This document shows positions 18,416 to 27,715 of a stretch of 64,000 nucleotides of DNA, piece by piece (the stretch's first letter is position 1; the number at the start of each line of letters is the position of its first letter). The position numbers and the translations under genes were made by a program. Source of the stretch: Limnohabitans sp. Rim8 (GTDB lineage: Bacteria > Pseudomonadota > Gammaproteobacteria > Burkholderiales > Burkholderiaceae_C); NCBI RefSeq assembly GCF_945901735.1, contig NZ_CAMDLM010000019.1, positions 8,726 through 72,725 on the forward strand. Reading direction: 5' to 3'. The notes under the pieces were generated by a model that worked only from the letters and a program-made list of their open reading frames with translations, was not told the DNA's origin and searched no databases.

Positions 18416-18476
18416 CCGAGCGCTGACTCGGCCCAGATTTCTTGCTTTCAAGCCCAATGGCTGGAGGCGCCAAAGC

Positions 18477-19529
18477 TCAGGCCACCACCACTTGGGCCCC
18501 ATCGCCTTGCGGCGCAATGAGCCCGATCGTGTAAACCGTTTCACCCAAGCCGCGCAGTGTTGCGGCGCAGGCCTCGGCTCCGGCCGCGTCAATCACGACC
18601 ACCATGCCGATGCCGTTGTTGAAGGTGCGGTTCATTTCGTTGTCGTCGATGCCAGCCGTCTTTTGCAGCCAGGCAAACAGCTCAGTCTGGGGCCAGCTGC
18701 CTTTTTGCAGGTGTGCGGCCAGACCGAAGGGCAGCACGCGGGGGATGTTTTCGAGCAAACCACCACCGGTGATGTGGGCCAATGCCTTGATGCCCAAGGC
18801 CTCTTGCGTGTTCGGGTGCGCCGTCAGCGCCGCCAACACGTTCAGCACATACAAGCGGGTGGGCGCCATCAAGGCTTGCTTGAAGGGCTTGCCGTCGAGC
18901 GTGGCCGGGGTGTTGGCACCGGCGCGCTCAATGCATTTGCGCACCAGGGAAAAACCGTTGGAGTGCACGCCGCTGGACGCCAGGCCCAGCACCACATCGC
19001 CCGCTTTCACGTTTTGTCCCGTGAGGATTTTGGATTTTTCGACGGCACCGACCGCAAAACCGGCCAGGTCGTATTCGCCAGAGGGGTACATGCCGGGCAT
19101 CTCAGCGGTTTCGCCGCCGATCAGGGCGCAGCCCGACAGTTCGCAGCCTTTGGCAATGCCGCCCACCACGGCGACGGCGGTGTCTACGTCCAGCTTGCCG
19201 CAGGCAAAGTAGTCGAGGAAGAACAGCGGCTCGGCCCCTTGCACCAGCACATCGTTCACGCTCATGGCCACCAGGTCGATGCCCACGGTGTCGTGCATGT
19301 TCCATTCAAAGGCCAACTTGAGCTTGGTGCCCACGCCGTCGGTGCCGCTGACCAGCACGGGCTCTTTGTAGCGCTTGGGCACCTCAAACAGCGCGCCAAA
19401 ACCGCCGATGCCGGCCAGCACGCCTTCGCGCATGGTTTTCTTGGCCAGGGGCTTGATGCGTTCGACCAGCGCGTCGCCCGCGACGATGTCGACGCCAGCG
19501 TCTTTGTAGGAAAGAGGGGTTTGGGTCAT
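18477..19529 (-). CDS. purM: phosphoribosylformylglycinamidine cyclo-ligase
   Basis: ATG 19529 gives [29 protein letters not shown] and DGVGTKLK are also present. About 350 aa after trimming the track extension. Confidence 0.92.
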   Translation of the reverse strand: MTQTPLSYKDAGVDIVAGDALVERIKPLAKKTMREGVLAGIGGFGALFEVPKRYKEPVLVSGTDGVGTKLKLAFEWNMHDTVGIDLVAMSVNDVLVQGAEPLFFLDYFACGKLDVDTAVAVVGGIAKGCELSGCALIGGETAEMPGMYPSGEYDLAGFAVGAVEKSKILTGQNVKAGDVVLGLASSGVHSNGFSLVRKCIERAGANTPATLDGKPFKQALMAPTRLYVLNVLAALTAHPNTQEALGIKALAHITGGGLLENIPRVLPFGLAAHLQKGSWPQTELFAWLQKTAGIDDNEMNRTFNNGIGMVVVIDAAGAEACAATLRGLGETVYTIGLIAPQGDGAQVVVA

Positions 19530-19661
19530 GGTTTTGGCCCGAATGGGGCTTCTAATTGGATAACGGGGGGCCAATAAACGGGCTGGCAGACTAAAATCAA
19601 GGCTTATTTTAAGGGTTAGCCCTGAGCGCACGGGCGTGACCCTGGCAAAACAAGAGACTGC

Positions 19662-20777
19662 ATGCAAGCCCCCCTTCCTTTTTTGATGACCCGACTGGCC
19701 GCCTGGCTTGGCGTGGCCCTGCTGGTCGTGCTGGTTTTATGGTTGCTCGCGCCGGTGCTGGCCCCGTTTGTCATTGCAGCGGTCATGGCCTATGTTCTGC
19801 ACCCCTTGGTGATCAGGCTGGAAGGTGTGGCCGGTGGCCGTTTGCCGCGTGCCCTGGCTGTGGTGTTGGTGGAGGCGCTGGCCTTGCTGTCCCTGTTGGG
19901 TTTGTTTTTGTTGCTGGTGCCGATCCTGCTGCGCGAATGGCCCCTGTTGCAGCAGCAACTGCCTTTGCTGCTCGACCGCTTGGGCGATGCCATCAACCCT
20001 GTGTTGGCCCAGCTGGGCTTGAATGTCTCGCTGGATCTGGGCGAACTGAAAAAACAACTGGTGACTTACCTGAGCGCGAACCGCGAAGACTGGTGGGCTC
20101 CTCTGATGGCCTCGCTCAAACTCGGCGGCAGCGTGGCGCTGGCCTTGGCGGGTTATGCGGTGCTGGTGCCCGTGGCCTTGTTTTACATGTTGTACGACTG
20201 GACGCGGCTGGTCAACGGCCTGCACGAGTTGGTGCCACCCGCCTGGCGCGAGCGATTTGATGGCTTCATGCACGACTGCGACGAGGTGCTGGGCGAGTAC
20301 CTGCGCGGGCAGATGCTGGTGATGCTGGCACTGGCCGTGTTTTACTCGTTGGGCCTGAGTTTGTTTGGTCTGGATCTGGCCCTGCCCATCGGCGTGTTCA
20401 CCGGACTGGCCGTGTTTGTGCCTTATCTGGGCTTTGGCCTGGGCCTGGTGCTGGCGCTGTTGGCCGGTTTGCTGCAATTAGCGCCCTCGCAAGCCGTGAT
20501 GATGGTGGCCGTGGTCTATGGCTTGGGTCAGTTGATAGAGAGCTTTGTGCTGACGCCCCGCTTGGTGGGGGAGCGCATCGGCTTGCATCCGCTGGCGGTG
20601 ATTTTGGCCTTGATGGCTTTTGGCCAAGTGCTGGGTTTTGTGGGTGTGCTGATCGCCTTGCCTGCCAGTGCCGTCTTGTTGGTGGGCTTGCGCCGTGTGC
20701 GTCACCAATACCTGCAAAGCGATCTCTACCAGAAAAGCGGTTCTAACGATGCCGAGCAGGGACCTGACCGGGCATGA
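19662..20777 (+). CDS. AI-2E family transporter (PerM-like permease)
   Basis: Polytopic membrane protein with the typical AI-2E layout. Its stop overlaps the hda start (ATGA). Confidence 0.75.
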   Translation: MQAPLPFLMTRLAAWLGVALLVVLVLWLLAPVLAPFVIAAVMAYVLHPLVIRLEGVAGGRLPRALAVVLVEALALLSLLGLFLLLVPILLREWPLLQQQLPLLLDRLGDAINPVLAQLGLNVSLDLGELKKQLVTYLSANREDWWAPLMASLKLGGSVALALAGYAVLVPVALFYMLYDWTRLVNGLHELVPPAWRERFDGFMHDCDEVLGEYLRGQMLVMLALAVFYSLGLSLFGLDLALPIGVFTGLAVFVPYLGFGLGLVLALLAGLLQLAPSQAVMMVAVVYGLGQLIESFVLTPRLVGERIGLHPLAVILALMAFGQVLGFVGVLIALPASAVLLVGLRRVRHQYLQSDLYQKSGSNDAEQGPDRA

Positions 20778-21460
20778 AGCAACTGGCTTTGGACATCGGC
20801 TTGGCTTCAACACCCACGCTGGACAATTTTTTTGCAGGCCCCAACGCGGCGGCCTTGAGCCACTTGCGTTTGTGGACCGCCTCGGGCAGCCGCTCACCCG
20901 TGCCCACTTATTTATGGGGCGACAGCGGTTCGGGTAAAACCCATTTGCTGCATGCGGTGCACCATGCGCTGCAAGAGCAGGGCGCGCTGGTCGGCTGGCT
21001 GGATGTCCACAGCATGGACCCGCCCGAGTTCAACGACGATTGGGGCGCTGTGCTGATGGACGATGTGCATTTGTACAACGCCGAGCAACAGCACACCGCC
21101 TTCAATTGGTTCGTCAACGCTTTGACACCGCGCAGCGGCGCGCCGCGTTGGGTTTTGGCTGCAGGCGCTTTGCCCCCAGCCGATTTGAAGCTGCGCGACG
21201 ACTTGCGCAGCCGCTTGGGTTGGGGCCACATCGAGGCCCTGCAGGTCCTTGGCGAGCCTGAGCGCCGCGCCGTGCTGCGCCAAGAGGCCGATGCCCGGGG
21301 CCTGTTTTTGAGTGACGAGGTCATGTCTTACATGCTCAAGCGCTTTTCGCGTGATTTGGGCAGCCTCATGCAGCTGCTTGACCACTTGGACCACTTCGCC
21401 TTGCAAACGCAGCGCGCCCTGACCATCCCGTTGGTGCGTGCGATGCTGGAGAATGAATGA
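20774..21460 (+). CDS. hda: DnaA regulatory inactivator Hda
   Basis: QLALDIGL...PTLDNFFAG and Walker A LWGDSGSGKTHLLHA. About 228 aa. Confidence 0.85.
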   Translation: MKQLALDIGLASTPTLDNFFAGPNAAALSHLRLWTASGSRSPVPTYLWGDSGSGKTHLLHAVHHALQEQGALVGWLDVHSMDPPEFNDDWGAVLMDDVHLYNAEQQHTAFNWFVNALTPRSGAPRWVLAAGALPPADLKLRDDLRSRLGWGHIEALQVLGEPERRAVLRQEADARGLFLSDEVMSYMLKRFSRDLGSLMQLLDHLDHFALQTQRALTIPLVRAMLENE

Positions 21461-22125
21461 AACTCGCCCTGTTTGATCTGGACCACACCTTGCTCCCGCT
21501 GGACTCTGACCACAGCTGGGGCGTGTTCACCACCGAAATGGGTTGGACTGACCCGGTGGTTTTCGGCCAGCGCAACGACGAGTTTTATGCCCACTATCAG
21601 GCGGGCACGCTCAATATTCATGATTACGTGCGCTTTGCAACCCGCGCAGCCCGTGAGCGTGGTGCCGTTGAAGCGGCGAAGGCGCACGCCCGTTACATGG
21701 ACGAAGTGATCCGCCCGCGCATCACGCCCGAGGCGCTGGCGCTGTTACGATTGCACCAGCATGCGGGGGATGCGGTCATCATCGTGACCGCCACCAACGA
21801 GTTTGTGACCCGGCCGATTGCCCAGGCTTTCGGTGTGAATGAACTGATTGCGGTGGATCTCGAGCGCGATGCCAGCGGCTGGATCACGGGTGAAATCCGA
21901 GGCACCCCTTCTTTTCGCGAAGGTAAAGTCACCAGGGTCGCCGATTGGTTGGCTCAAAAAGAACTGGACTGGGGGGATGTGGAGATCACCTTTTATTCCG
22001 ACTCCATGAATGACCTGCCGCTTCTGGAAAAAGCCCACTATCCAGTGGCAACGAACCCTGACGCTCGGTTGCGTCAACTGGCCACAGAGCGCGGCTGGCG
22101 CATCCTCGACATCTTTCAAGAATGA
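21457..22125 (+). CDS. HAD-IB family hydrolase
   Basis: MKLALFDLDHTL is DxDxT motif I, and FYSDSMNDLPLL is motif IV. ATGA overlaps occur at both ends. Confidence 0.8.
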   Translation: MKLALFDLDHTLLPLDSDHSWGVFTTEMGWTDPVVFGQRNDEFYAHYQAGTLNIHDYVRFATRAARERGAVEAAKAHARYMDEVIRPRITPEALALLRLHQHAGDAVIIVTATNEFVTRPIAQAFGVNELIAVDLERDASGWITGEIRGTPSFREGKVTRVADWLAQKELDWGDVEITFYSDSMNDLPLLEKAHYPVATNPDARLRQLATERGWRILDIFQE

Positions 22126-23684
22126 TCAAACAATTCATCGACAAGCTGATGGGCAAATCGCCCAAAAGCAACACCCCCCATTTTGGCCGCCGCACCGAGG
22201 TGCCCGCGTCTGTGCACGGCATCGATCCGAACCTGGTGGACGAGCGCGCCATCAACGTGACACGCACCCTGCAGCAAGCCGGGTTTGAGGCCTACATCGT
22301 GGGCGGCGCGGTGCGTGATTTGCTTTTGGGCCTGCGCCCCAAAGACTTTGACGTGGCCACCAATGCCACGCCGGAGCAGGTCAAGGGCCTGTTTCGCCGC
22401 GCTTTCATCATTGGGCGGCGCTTTCGCATCGTGCATGTGGTGTACGGCCGGGGGCGCGACAACGAAGTGATCGAGGTTTCCACCTTCCGGGCGCACCTGG
22501 ACAACGCTGCGGCTGAGCAGGTCAAAGGCAACGAACGCACCAGCAAAAGTGAATTGGCGGGCATGAAGCACGCGGTGGACTCCTCGGGCCGTGTGCTGCG
22601 CGACAACGTCTGGGGCCCGCAAGACGAAGACGCCACGCGGCGCGATTTCTCTGTGAACGCCATGTACTACGACCCCGAGTCGCAGATCGTGGTGGATTAC
22701 CACGGCGGCATTCAGGATTCGAAAAAGCGCGTTCTGCGCATGATTGGCGAGCCGGTGGTGCGTTACCGCGAAGACCCGGTGCGCATCATTCGCGCCGTGC
22801 GTTTTGCCGCCAAACTCAGCCACTTGGGCTTCAAACTGGAGGCCAAGACCGCCAAGCCTCTGACCCAGTCGGCCACTTTGCTGGCCGATGTGCCGCAAAG
22901 CCGTTTGTTTGACGAGATGCTCAAGCTGCTGCAAACCGGACACGCGCTGGCGTCCATTGAGCAGTTGAAAAAGCTGGGCCTGGCCACTGGCATTTACCCT
23001 CTGCTGGATGTGGTGGTGGAGCGGGTGGACAGTGCTTTTGTGCAAGTGGCGCTGGCCGACACCGACCGCCGCGTGGGCGAGGGCAAACCGGTTGCCCCCA
23101 GCTTCTTGCTGGCCTGTGTGCTGTGGGCCGATGTGCGCCAAGGCTGGGCCAAGCGATTGGCGCGCAAAGAGCACCCGCACCCGGCTTTGCAGGATGCGAT
23201 TGACGAGGTGTTTGATGCCCGCATCGGCGATGTGTCCGGGCGAGGCAAGCTGGCGGCGGACATGCGCGAGATCTGGATGATGCAGCCGCGCTTTGAAAAG
23301 CGCGTGGGCAGCACGCCGTTTGGCTTGGTCGAGCAGCCGCGCTTTCGCGCAGGCTTTGACTTTTTGCGTCTGCGTGCCGACATCGAGGAAGTGGACATTC
23401 GTCTGGCTGACTGGTGGCAAGAATTCAGCATGGCCAGTGATTCGGAGCGCGAAGATTTGGTGCAGGCCGCCAAGGCCGAGCAACAGGTCTCGCAGGCGGC
23501 CAAGCCGCGTGTGCGCCGCGCACCCAGGCCCGAAGGCGCGCCCGCGCCCGCGCCACTTGACGCCAAGCCCGAGGCTTCAGAGGCTGATCACGCTGGCGTC
23601 GGCGAGCCCAAAAAACGCCGTCGTCGCCGCCGCAAACCCGGTGAGGCAGGCGATTCGGCTGCCGATTCAGGCTCCACGGGCTGA
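22122..23684 (+). CDS. pcnB: poly(A) polymerase I
   Basis: AYIVGGAVRDLLLGLRPKDFDVATNATPEQV, with FRIVHV and RRDFSVNAMYYD. The C-terminal tail is basic. Confidence 0.92.
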   Translation: MIKQFIDKLMGKSPKSNTPHFGRRTEVPASVHGIDPNLVDERAINVTRTLQQAGFEAYIVGGAVRDLLLGLRPKDFDVATNATPEQVKGLFRRAFIIGRRFRIVHVVYGRGRDNEVIEVSTFRAHLDNAAAEQVKGNERTSKSELAGMKHAVDSSGRVLRDNVWGPQDEDATRRDFSVNAMYYDPESQIVVDYHGGIQDSKKRVLRMIGEPVVRYREDPVRIIRAVRFAAKLSHLGFKLEAKTAKPLTQSATLLADVPQSRLFDEMLKLLQTGHALASIEQLKKLGLATGIYPLLDVVVERVDSAFVQVALADTDRRVGEGKPVAPSFLLACVLWADVRQGWAKRLARKEHPHPALQDAIDEVFDARIGDVSGRGKLAADMREIWMMQPRFEKRVGSTPFGLVEQPRFRAGFDFLRLRADIEEVDIRLADWWQEFSMASDSEREDLVQAAKAEQQVSQAAKPRVRRAPRPEGAPAPAPLDAKPEASEADHAGVGEPKKRRRRRRKPGEAGDSAADSGSTG

Positions 23685-23715
23685 CTCGGCCCAGAATTAG
23701 CCCTGAATCTCGCCC

Positions 23716-24216
23716 ATGGCCCTCTTGCCGCGTCAGAGTGTGACCGCGTATGTGGCGCTTGGGGCCAATTTGGGCGGTGCACGGCAGCAGGTGCTGCAAG
23801 CCTTCGATGCCCTGGCGCTGTTGCCCAGCACCCAGCTGACCTGCCGCTCGCAGCTTTACCGCACAGCGCCTCATGAGGCGCAGGGGCCGGATTTTTTCAA
23901 TGCCGTGGCCTGCATTGACACGCGCTTGACGGCACCCGATTTGCTGGATGCTTTACAGGCCATCGAAAACCAAGCAGGCCGACTGCGTCCTTATCTTCAT
24001 GCCCCAAGAACTTTGGATTTGGATTTGCTTTTCTACGGTGAAGCCCAGGTGTTCAGTCCGCGCCTGACTTTGCCCCATCCGCGCTGGCGAGACAGAGCCT
24101 TTGTGCTCTTTCCCTTGGCCGATGTGTGGCCAGAGCGCGTCAAGCCTGATGACTTGATGCGTGTGGCGGGGCAGGGCATTGAACGCTTGCCAGAGGATGC
24201 TTCAGGCGTTGCCTGA
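23716..24216 (+). CDS. folK: 2-amino-4-hydroxy-6-hydroxymethyldihydropteridine diphosphokinase
   Basis: AYVALGANLG, RTLDLDLLFYG and LTLPHPRWRDRAFVL. Confidence 0.9.
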   Translation: MALLPRQSVTAYVALGANLGGARQQVLQAFDALALLPSTQLTCRSQLYRTAPHEAQGPDFFNAVACIDTRLTAPDLLDALQAIENQAGRLRPYLHAPRTLDLDLLFYGEAQVFSPRLTLPHPRWRDRAFVLFPLADVWPERVKPDDLMRVAGQGIERLPEDASGVA

Positions 24217-24229
24217 TCAGGCGCAGGCT

Positions 24230-24676
24230 TTACTGGCTGATCAAGCGGGCGGCCTCGATCTGGTATTCGAAATAGCGCTGGAAGCTGAACACCAGGCTGG
24301 CCATCAAGGCGGTGGTGCCCAGCAGCAATGCGCTGGCGATGCCAATGACCGTGCCCCAGTGGGTACGGCCTGCCGGGTGAAGTTCTTCGACTTTGGGGTT
24401 GAATTTGGCATTCCATTTTTCAATGCCGCTCAGGCCGTAAACAATGGCGTTCAAAGCGCAGCCGGCGATCGTGAACCCCAGCAAGGGGATCAGCAGCCAA
24501 CTGAGCGTGTCGTCTTGGCCCAACTGCTGCACGCGCTCCAGCCCATAAAAACCCAGTGCAGTGGGGATAGGCAGCAACCAGCCCAGCGTGTCTGAAAATC
24601 CGTAAAGATAAAAGCGGTGAATGCCCAAAGGGCCCGTCCAAAAAGCCAACCAAGTTGCAATTGTTTTGTTTTTCAT
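24230..24676 (-). CDS. TM2 domain-containing membrane protein
   Basis: WLAFWTGPLGIHRFYLYG is the TM2 signature. Further transmembrane helices follow. Confidence 0.7.
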   Translation of the reverse strand: MKNKTIATWLAFWTGPLGIHRFYLYGFSDTLGWLLPIPTALGFYGLERVQQLGQDDTLSWLLIPLLGFTIAGCALNAIVYGLSGIEKWNAKFNPKVEELHPAGRTHWGTVIGIASALLLGTTALMASLVFSFQRYFEYQIEAARLISQ

Positions 24677-24684
24677 TAGGCTGA

Positions 24685-25206
24685 TTATTGCGGAGCGGTG
24701 CTGTCACCGGCGCCCAAAGGCTTTTCCATCATGACCACATCGAGCCAACGGTCGAATTTCCAGCCGCATGACTTGATGACGCCCACATGGTTAAAACCCA
24801 AAGCGGTGTGCACGCCAATCGAGCCCGCATTGGCTGAATCGCCAATGACTGCCAAAAATTTACGAACACCAACACGCTCAGCTTGCGTGCACAACTCAGC
24901 CAGTAAGGCCCGGCCCATGCCTTTGCGTTGAACGTCTGGGGCCATGTAAATCGAATCTTCGGCAGAAAAGCGGTAGGCTGGACGGGGTTTGAACCAGTTG
25001 CAATAGGCAAAACCCATCACACGGCCTTCGTCTTCGACCACGAGGTAAGGCAAGCCCTTGGACAGCACATCTGCCCGGCGGCCCGCCATATCGGCTTCGG
25101 TGGGGGGATCGATCTCGAAAGTGCCTGTGCCGGTTAGCACATGGTGGCGGTAAATGGCGGTGATGGCGACGACGTCTTCGTCTCGGCTCGGTCGTATCAG
25201 AGGCAA
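24685..25206 (-). CDS. GNAT N-acetyltransferase (phosphinothricin acetyltransferase-like)
   Basis: I chose TTG 25206, which lies 7 nt after GGGAG and gives (M)PLIRPSRDEDVVAITAIY. QRKGMGRALL is the acetyl-CoA loop. The track start at 25326 would abut rpsP. Confidence 0.7.
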   Translation of the reverse strand: MPLIRPSRDEDVVAITAIYRHHVLTGTGTFEIDPPTEADMAGRRADVLSKGLPYLVVEDEGRVMGFAYCNWFKPRPAYRFSAEDSIYMAPDVQRKGMGRALLAELCTQAERVGVRKFLAVIGDSANAGSIGVHTALGFNHVGVIKSCGWKFDRWLDVVMMEKPLGAGDSTAPQ

Positions 25207-25222
25207 GGCATAACTCCCGTTG

Positions 25223-25240
25223 TACAATGGCAGGCTTTTC
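25223..25240 (+). promoter_or_regulatory. putative rpsP promoter -10 and start region (TACAATGGCAGGCTTTTC)
   Basis: It matches 17 of 18 positions of the element upstream of rplS (27043-27060). It lies about 115 nt upstream of the rpsP ATG. No good -35 was found. Confidence 0.4.
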
Positions 25241-25343
25241 AGTGTGTCACTGGCCGGGTGGCCAGTTGCGTGTCTCAAACGCTGAAATAAATCGGGCTTC
25301 CCGGCATTTGCTCTGGAAAGACCCAACCACCCAAGGATAAATC

Positions 25344-25595
25344 ATGGTTGTTATTCGTCTGAACCGCGGCGGCTCTAAAGCACGTCCTTTTTTCAACATC
25401 GTTGTCGCCGACAAGCGCATGCGTCGCGATGGTCGCTTCCTTGAGCGTATCGGTTTCTACAACCCCACAGCCAAAGGTGGCGAAGAGGGTTTGCGCATCG
25501 CACAAGACCGTCTGAGCTACTGGACGGGCGTTGGGGCCCAGGCTTCTCCCACAGTGGAGCGCCTGATCCGTCAAGCCGGCAAAGCCGCCGCCTGA
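25344..25595 (+). CDS. rpsP: 30S ribosomal protein S16
   Basis: [41 protein letters not shown]. Confidence 0.95.
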   Translation: MVVIRLNRGGSKARPFFNIVVADKRMRRDGRFLERIGFYNPTAKGGEEGLRIAQDRLSYWTGVGAQASPTVERLIRQAGKAAA

Positions 25596-25611
25596 TCGGT
25601 TCGCACGGGTC

Positions 25612-26223
25612 ATGCGTCCGCCTTTGGAAACAGCCGCTTTGCCGGCTGACGCCATAGAAATTGGGCGCATCACCGATGCCTGGGGCATCAAAGGCTGGTT
25701 CAAGGTCTTGCCCCACAGCGCCTCGCCTGAGGCGCTTTTTTCTGCCAAAAGCTGGTTCTTGTTGCCACCCGATCGTCCCATGAAACCCCGGCGCGGCACC
25801 GACGCAGCGGATGCTGCGCAGCAGTCCTGGAATGAACCCTTGCTTTTGAGCATCCTGGAAGTCAAAGACCATTCCGATACGGTGGTCGCTCGAGCCCAAG
25901 GCATCGATGACCGCAACGCGTCGGAATCCTTGCGTGGCGGTCGGATTCATGTGTCTCGCGCCAGTTTCCCTGCGGCGGCCGATGGCGAGTATTACTGGGT
26001 CGACTTGATGGGCTTGCAGGTGTTCAACCGCGAAGGCGTGGATCTGGGCCAGGTGCGCGACCTGATGTCCACAGGCCCGCAAACCGTGCTGGTCATTGAA
26101 GCGGCTCCCGAAACCGAAGGCGGCAAGCCGGTTGAGCGCATGATTCCGTTTGTCGCCGCTTTCGTCGATGGCGTGGACTTGCCGGGCAAGCGCATCACGG
26201 TGGACTGGCAGCCCGACTACTGA
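25612..26223 (+). CDS. rimM: ribosome maturation factor RimM
   Basis: EIGRITDAWGIKGWFKV and a C-terminal PRC-barrel-like region. The position between rpsP and trmD fits. Confidence 0.88.
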   Translation: MRPPLETAALPADAIEIGRITDAWGIKGWFKVLPHSASPEALFSAKSWFLLPPDRPMKPRRGTDAADAAQQSWNEPLLLSILEVKDHSDTVVARAQGIDDRNASESLRGGRIHVSRASFPAAADGEYYWVDLMGLQVFNREGVDLGQVRDLMSTGPQTVLVIEAAPETEGGKPVERMIPFVAAFVDGVDLPGKRITVDWQPDY

Positions 26224-26248
26224 TAGGCCCGGCCGTGGAGGGCCATCC

Positions 26249-27046
26249 ATGCGCTTTGACATCATCACCCTATTTCCTGAGTTGTTTGCACCGCTGTTGA
26301 CCAGTGGCATCACGCGGCGCGCTTATGAAAGCGGCTTGGTGGATGTGCGTTTGTGGAATCCCCGCGACCATGCCCAAGGCAATTACCGCCGAATCGACGA
26401 TCGCTCATTTGGCGGTGGTCCGGGCATGGTCATGATGGCCGAGCCCCTGTTCAAATGCCTCACGGCTATTCGTTCTGAGCGCCAAGAGTGCGCGCCGGCA
26501 CCTTTGGTGCTGTTTTCTCCCGTTGGGACGAAGCTGAACCACAGCGCAGTGGCCCAGTGGTCGGTCAGTGCGGGCGCGGTGCTGCTGTGCGGCCGATATG
26601 AAGGGGTCGACCAGCGTTTTATTGACCAATGCGTCGACCAGCAAATCAGTCTGGGTGACTTTGTGCTGTCGGGTGGCGAAATCGCCGCCATGGCTTTGCT
26701 CGATGCTGTGGCCCGCTTACAGCCCGGGGTGCTGGGTGATGAGGGCAGCCATCAACTCGACAGCTTCAATCCGGCACTCGATGGTTTGCTGGACAGCCCG
26801 CATTACACCCGCCCCGAAGTCTGGCAAGGGCATGCTGTACCGCCTGAATTGATGTCGGGCCACCATGCGCACATCGAACGCTGGCGACGCGAGCAAAGCC
26901 TGAGTTTGACAGCCATGCACCGCCCCGAGTTGATCGAAGAGGCCCGCCAGGCCGCAGGGCTCAGCCGCCAGGACGAGGCCTTTCTCAAGCAGGCTTGTGG
27001 CGGCGGGTCAACGTCAGACCCCCCCCAGTCTGCGAAAAAGCTATAA
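26249..27046 (+). CDS. trmD: tRNA (guanine37-N1)-methyltransferase
   Basis: ATG 26249 gives MRFDIITLFPELF. LLCGRYEGVDQR and GDFVLSGGE are also present. Confidence 0.92.
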   Translation: MRFDIITLFPELFAPLLTSGITRRAYESGLVDVRLWNPRDHAQGNYRRIDDRSFGGGPGMVMMAEPLFKCLTAIRSERQECAPAPLVLFSPVGTKLNHSAVAQWSVSAGAVLLCGRYEGVDQRFIDQCVDQQISLGDFVLSGGEIAAMALLDAVARLQPGVLGDEGSHQLDSFNPALDGLLDSPHYTRPEVWQGHAVPPELMSGHHAHIERWRREQSLSLTAMHRPELIEEARQAAGLSRQDEAFLKQACGGGSTSDPPQSAKKL

Positions 27047-27060
27047 TGGCAGGCTTTTCG
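27043..27060 (+). promoter_or_regulatory. putative internal promoter for rplS (TATAATGGCAGGCTTTTC)
   Basis: A perfect TATAAT overlaps the trmD stop codon. The 18-mer is near-identical to the one upstream of rpsP and lies about 114 nt before the rplS ATG. Confidence 0.4.
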
Positions 27061-27162
27061 ATCCTCTACCCGCCGCGTTCTGGCTCAGTCATGCACAAGC
27101 ATGGCCTTTACAGCACATAACGCCCCTTGTGTAGCGAGGCATGATCGGACGGAGTTCAAAAA

Positions 27163-27546
27163 ATGAATTTGATTCAAACCCTTGAGCAGGAAGAAATTGC
27201 CCGTTTGGGCAAAGTGATTCCTGAATTTTCCCCCGGCGACACCGTGATCGTCAGCGTCAACGTGGTGGAAGGCGCCCGCAAGCGTGTCCAGGCCTACGAA
27301 GGTGTTGTGATCGCCAAGCGCAACCGTGGTCTGAACAGTGGCTTCACTGTGCGCAAGATCTCCAGTGGAGAAGGCGTGGAACGTACGTTTCAAACCTACA
27401 GCCCTGTGATCGCCAGCATTGAAGTCAAGCGCCGTGGTGATGTTCGCCGCGCCAAACTGTACTACCTGCGCGAGCGCAGCGGCAAATCGGCACGTATCAA
27501 AGAAAAGTTGCCTCAGCGCAAAGCGGCACCTGCTGCTAAAGCGTAA
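27163..27546 (+). CDS. rplS: 50S ribosomal protein L19
   Basis: [15 protein letters not shown]...[37 protein letters not shown]. Confidence 0.95.
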   Translation: MNLIQTLEQEEIARLGKVIPEFSPGDTVIVSVNVVEGARKRVQAYEGVVIAKRNRGLNSGFTVRKISSGEGVERTFQTYSPVIASIEVKRRGDVRRAKLYYLRERSGKSARIKEKLPQRKAAPAAKA

Positions 27547-27563
27547 AGCCTTTTCGGCCCCAC

Positions 27564-27602
27564 AAAAAAACCGCCCGGGTTTGCGCCCAGGGCGGTTTTT
27601 TT
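27564..27602 (+). terminator. rho-independent terminator (predicted, A/T tracts on both sides)
   Basis: AAAAAAA CCGCCC gggtttgcgccca GGGCGG TTTTTTT. Confidence 0.8.
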
Positions 27603-27643
27603 ATGGCCGTTTCAAAACCTTTGCCCGTTCCGTCCGACCATGG

Positions 27644-27674
27644 AAAAAGGCCTTGCCAGTGAGTGCAAGGCCTT
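27644..27674 (-). terminator. rho-independent terminator (predicted) of the DEAD-box helicase gene
   Basis: The minus strand reads AAGGCCTTGC actcactg GCAAGGCCTT followed by TTTCC. Confidence 0.65.
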
Positions 27675-27715
27675 GGAGGGGATCTTGAAGTCTTGGGTTG
27701 AACCCACGAAAACGA

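Noticed and set aside
22116-23483. 455-aa minus-strand ORF. Similar long mirror ORFs occur at 13417..14673, 30675..31964, 44785..46038, 57703..58926, 58283..59698, 59382..60272, 60431..61081 and 61100..61858.
   Set aside because: Each lies opposite a confidently identified gene (pcnB, argD, the M48 peptidase, tas/ybaK, desaturase/EI24, cinA, glnA). None shows a family signature or an RBS.
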